From assembly GCA_043816965.1 (NCBI GenBank), contig JBDRHK010000046.1, forward strand, positions 1 to 15,788: a stretch of DNA of 15,788 nucleotides, read 5' to 3'. Shown here one piece after another: positions 15,787 to 15,788 of the stretch. This stretch comes from Candidatus Iainarchaeum sp. (GTDB lineage Archaea; Iainarchaeota; Iainarchaeia; Iainarchaeales; JAFCCJ01). Each line of letters opens with the position of its first letter. Within the stretch, counting starts at the first letter, position 1. The notes beneath the pieces are model-generated. The model worked only from the letters and a program-made list of their open reading frames with translations, was not told where the DNA came from and made no database searches. Position numbers and translations under genes: made by a program.

Positions 15787-15788
15787 TC

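Noticed and set aside
1..15788. CRISPR array, tRNA or rRNA genes
   Set aside because: Intergenic gaps are all about 150 bp or less, and no regularly spaced repeats or cloverleaf signatures were seen by eye.

Overview
Archaeal chromosomal segment. The family B polymerase with a PIP box, the TATA-like promoters, the GGTGA/GAGG ribosome-binding sites and the gene types suggest a DPANN lineage, possibly Iainarchaeota/Diapherotrites; that placement is inference only. In order, the window holds: the 3' end of a surface-protein gene; an inverted low-GC cupin gene; a 2406-aa membrane-anchored surface glycoprotein paralogous to the first gene; five small membrane-protein genes, three of them mutually paralogous; a HerA/FtsK-like P-loop protein with all catalytic motifs degenerate, flanked by two coiled-coil genes; a PolB3-type DNA polymerase; a small Cys-rich membrane-anchored protein; and the 3' end of a DUF2080-like gene missed by the ORF track. 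Two observations stand out. (1) A candidate cell-envelope or host-contact apparatus: a giant stalk protein with a Cys-bracketed, nearly uncharged 128-aa segment whose core has deviant codon usage, plus the small membrane paralogues, the pseudo-ATPase and the coiled coils. (2) The PolB steric-gate Tyr is replaced by His (SLHP instead of SLYP), with a second His in motif B. No RNA genes, CRISPR arrays or transposases were seen.
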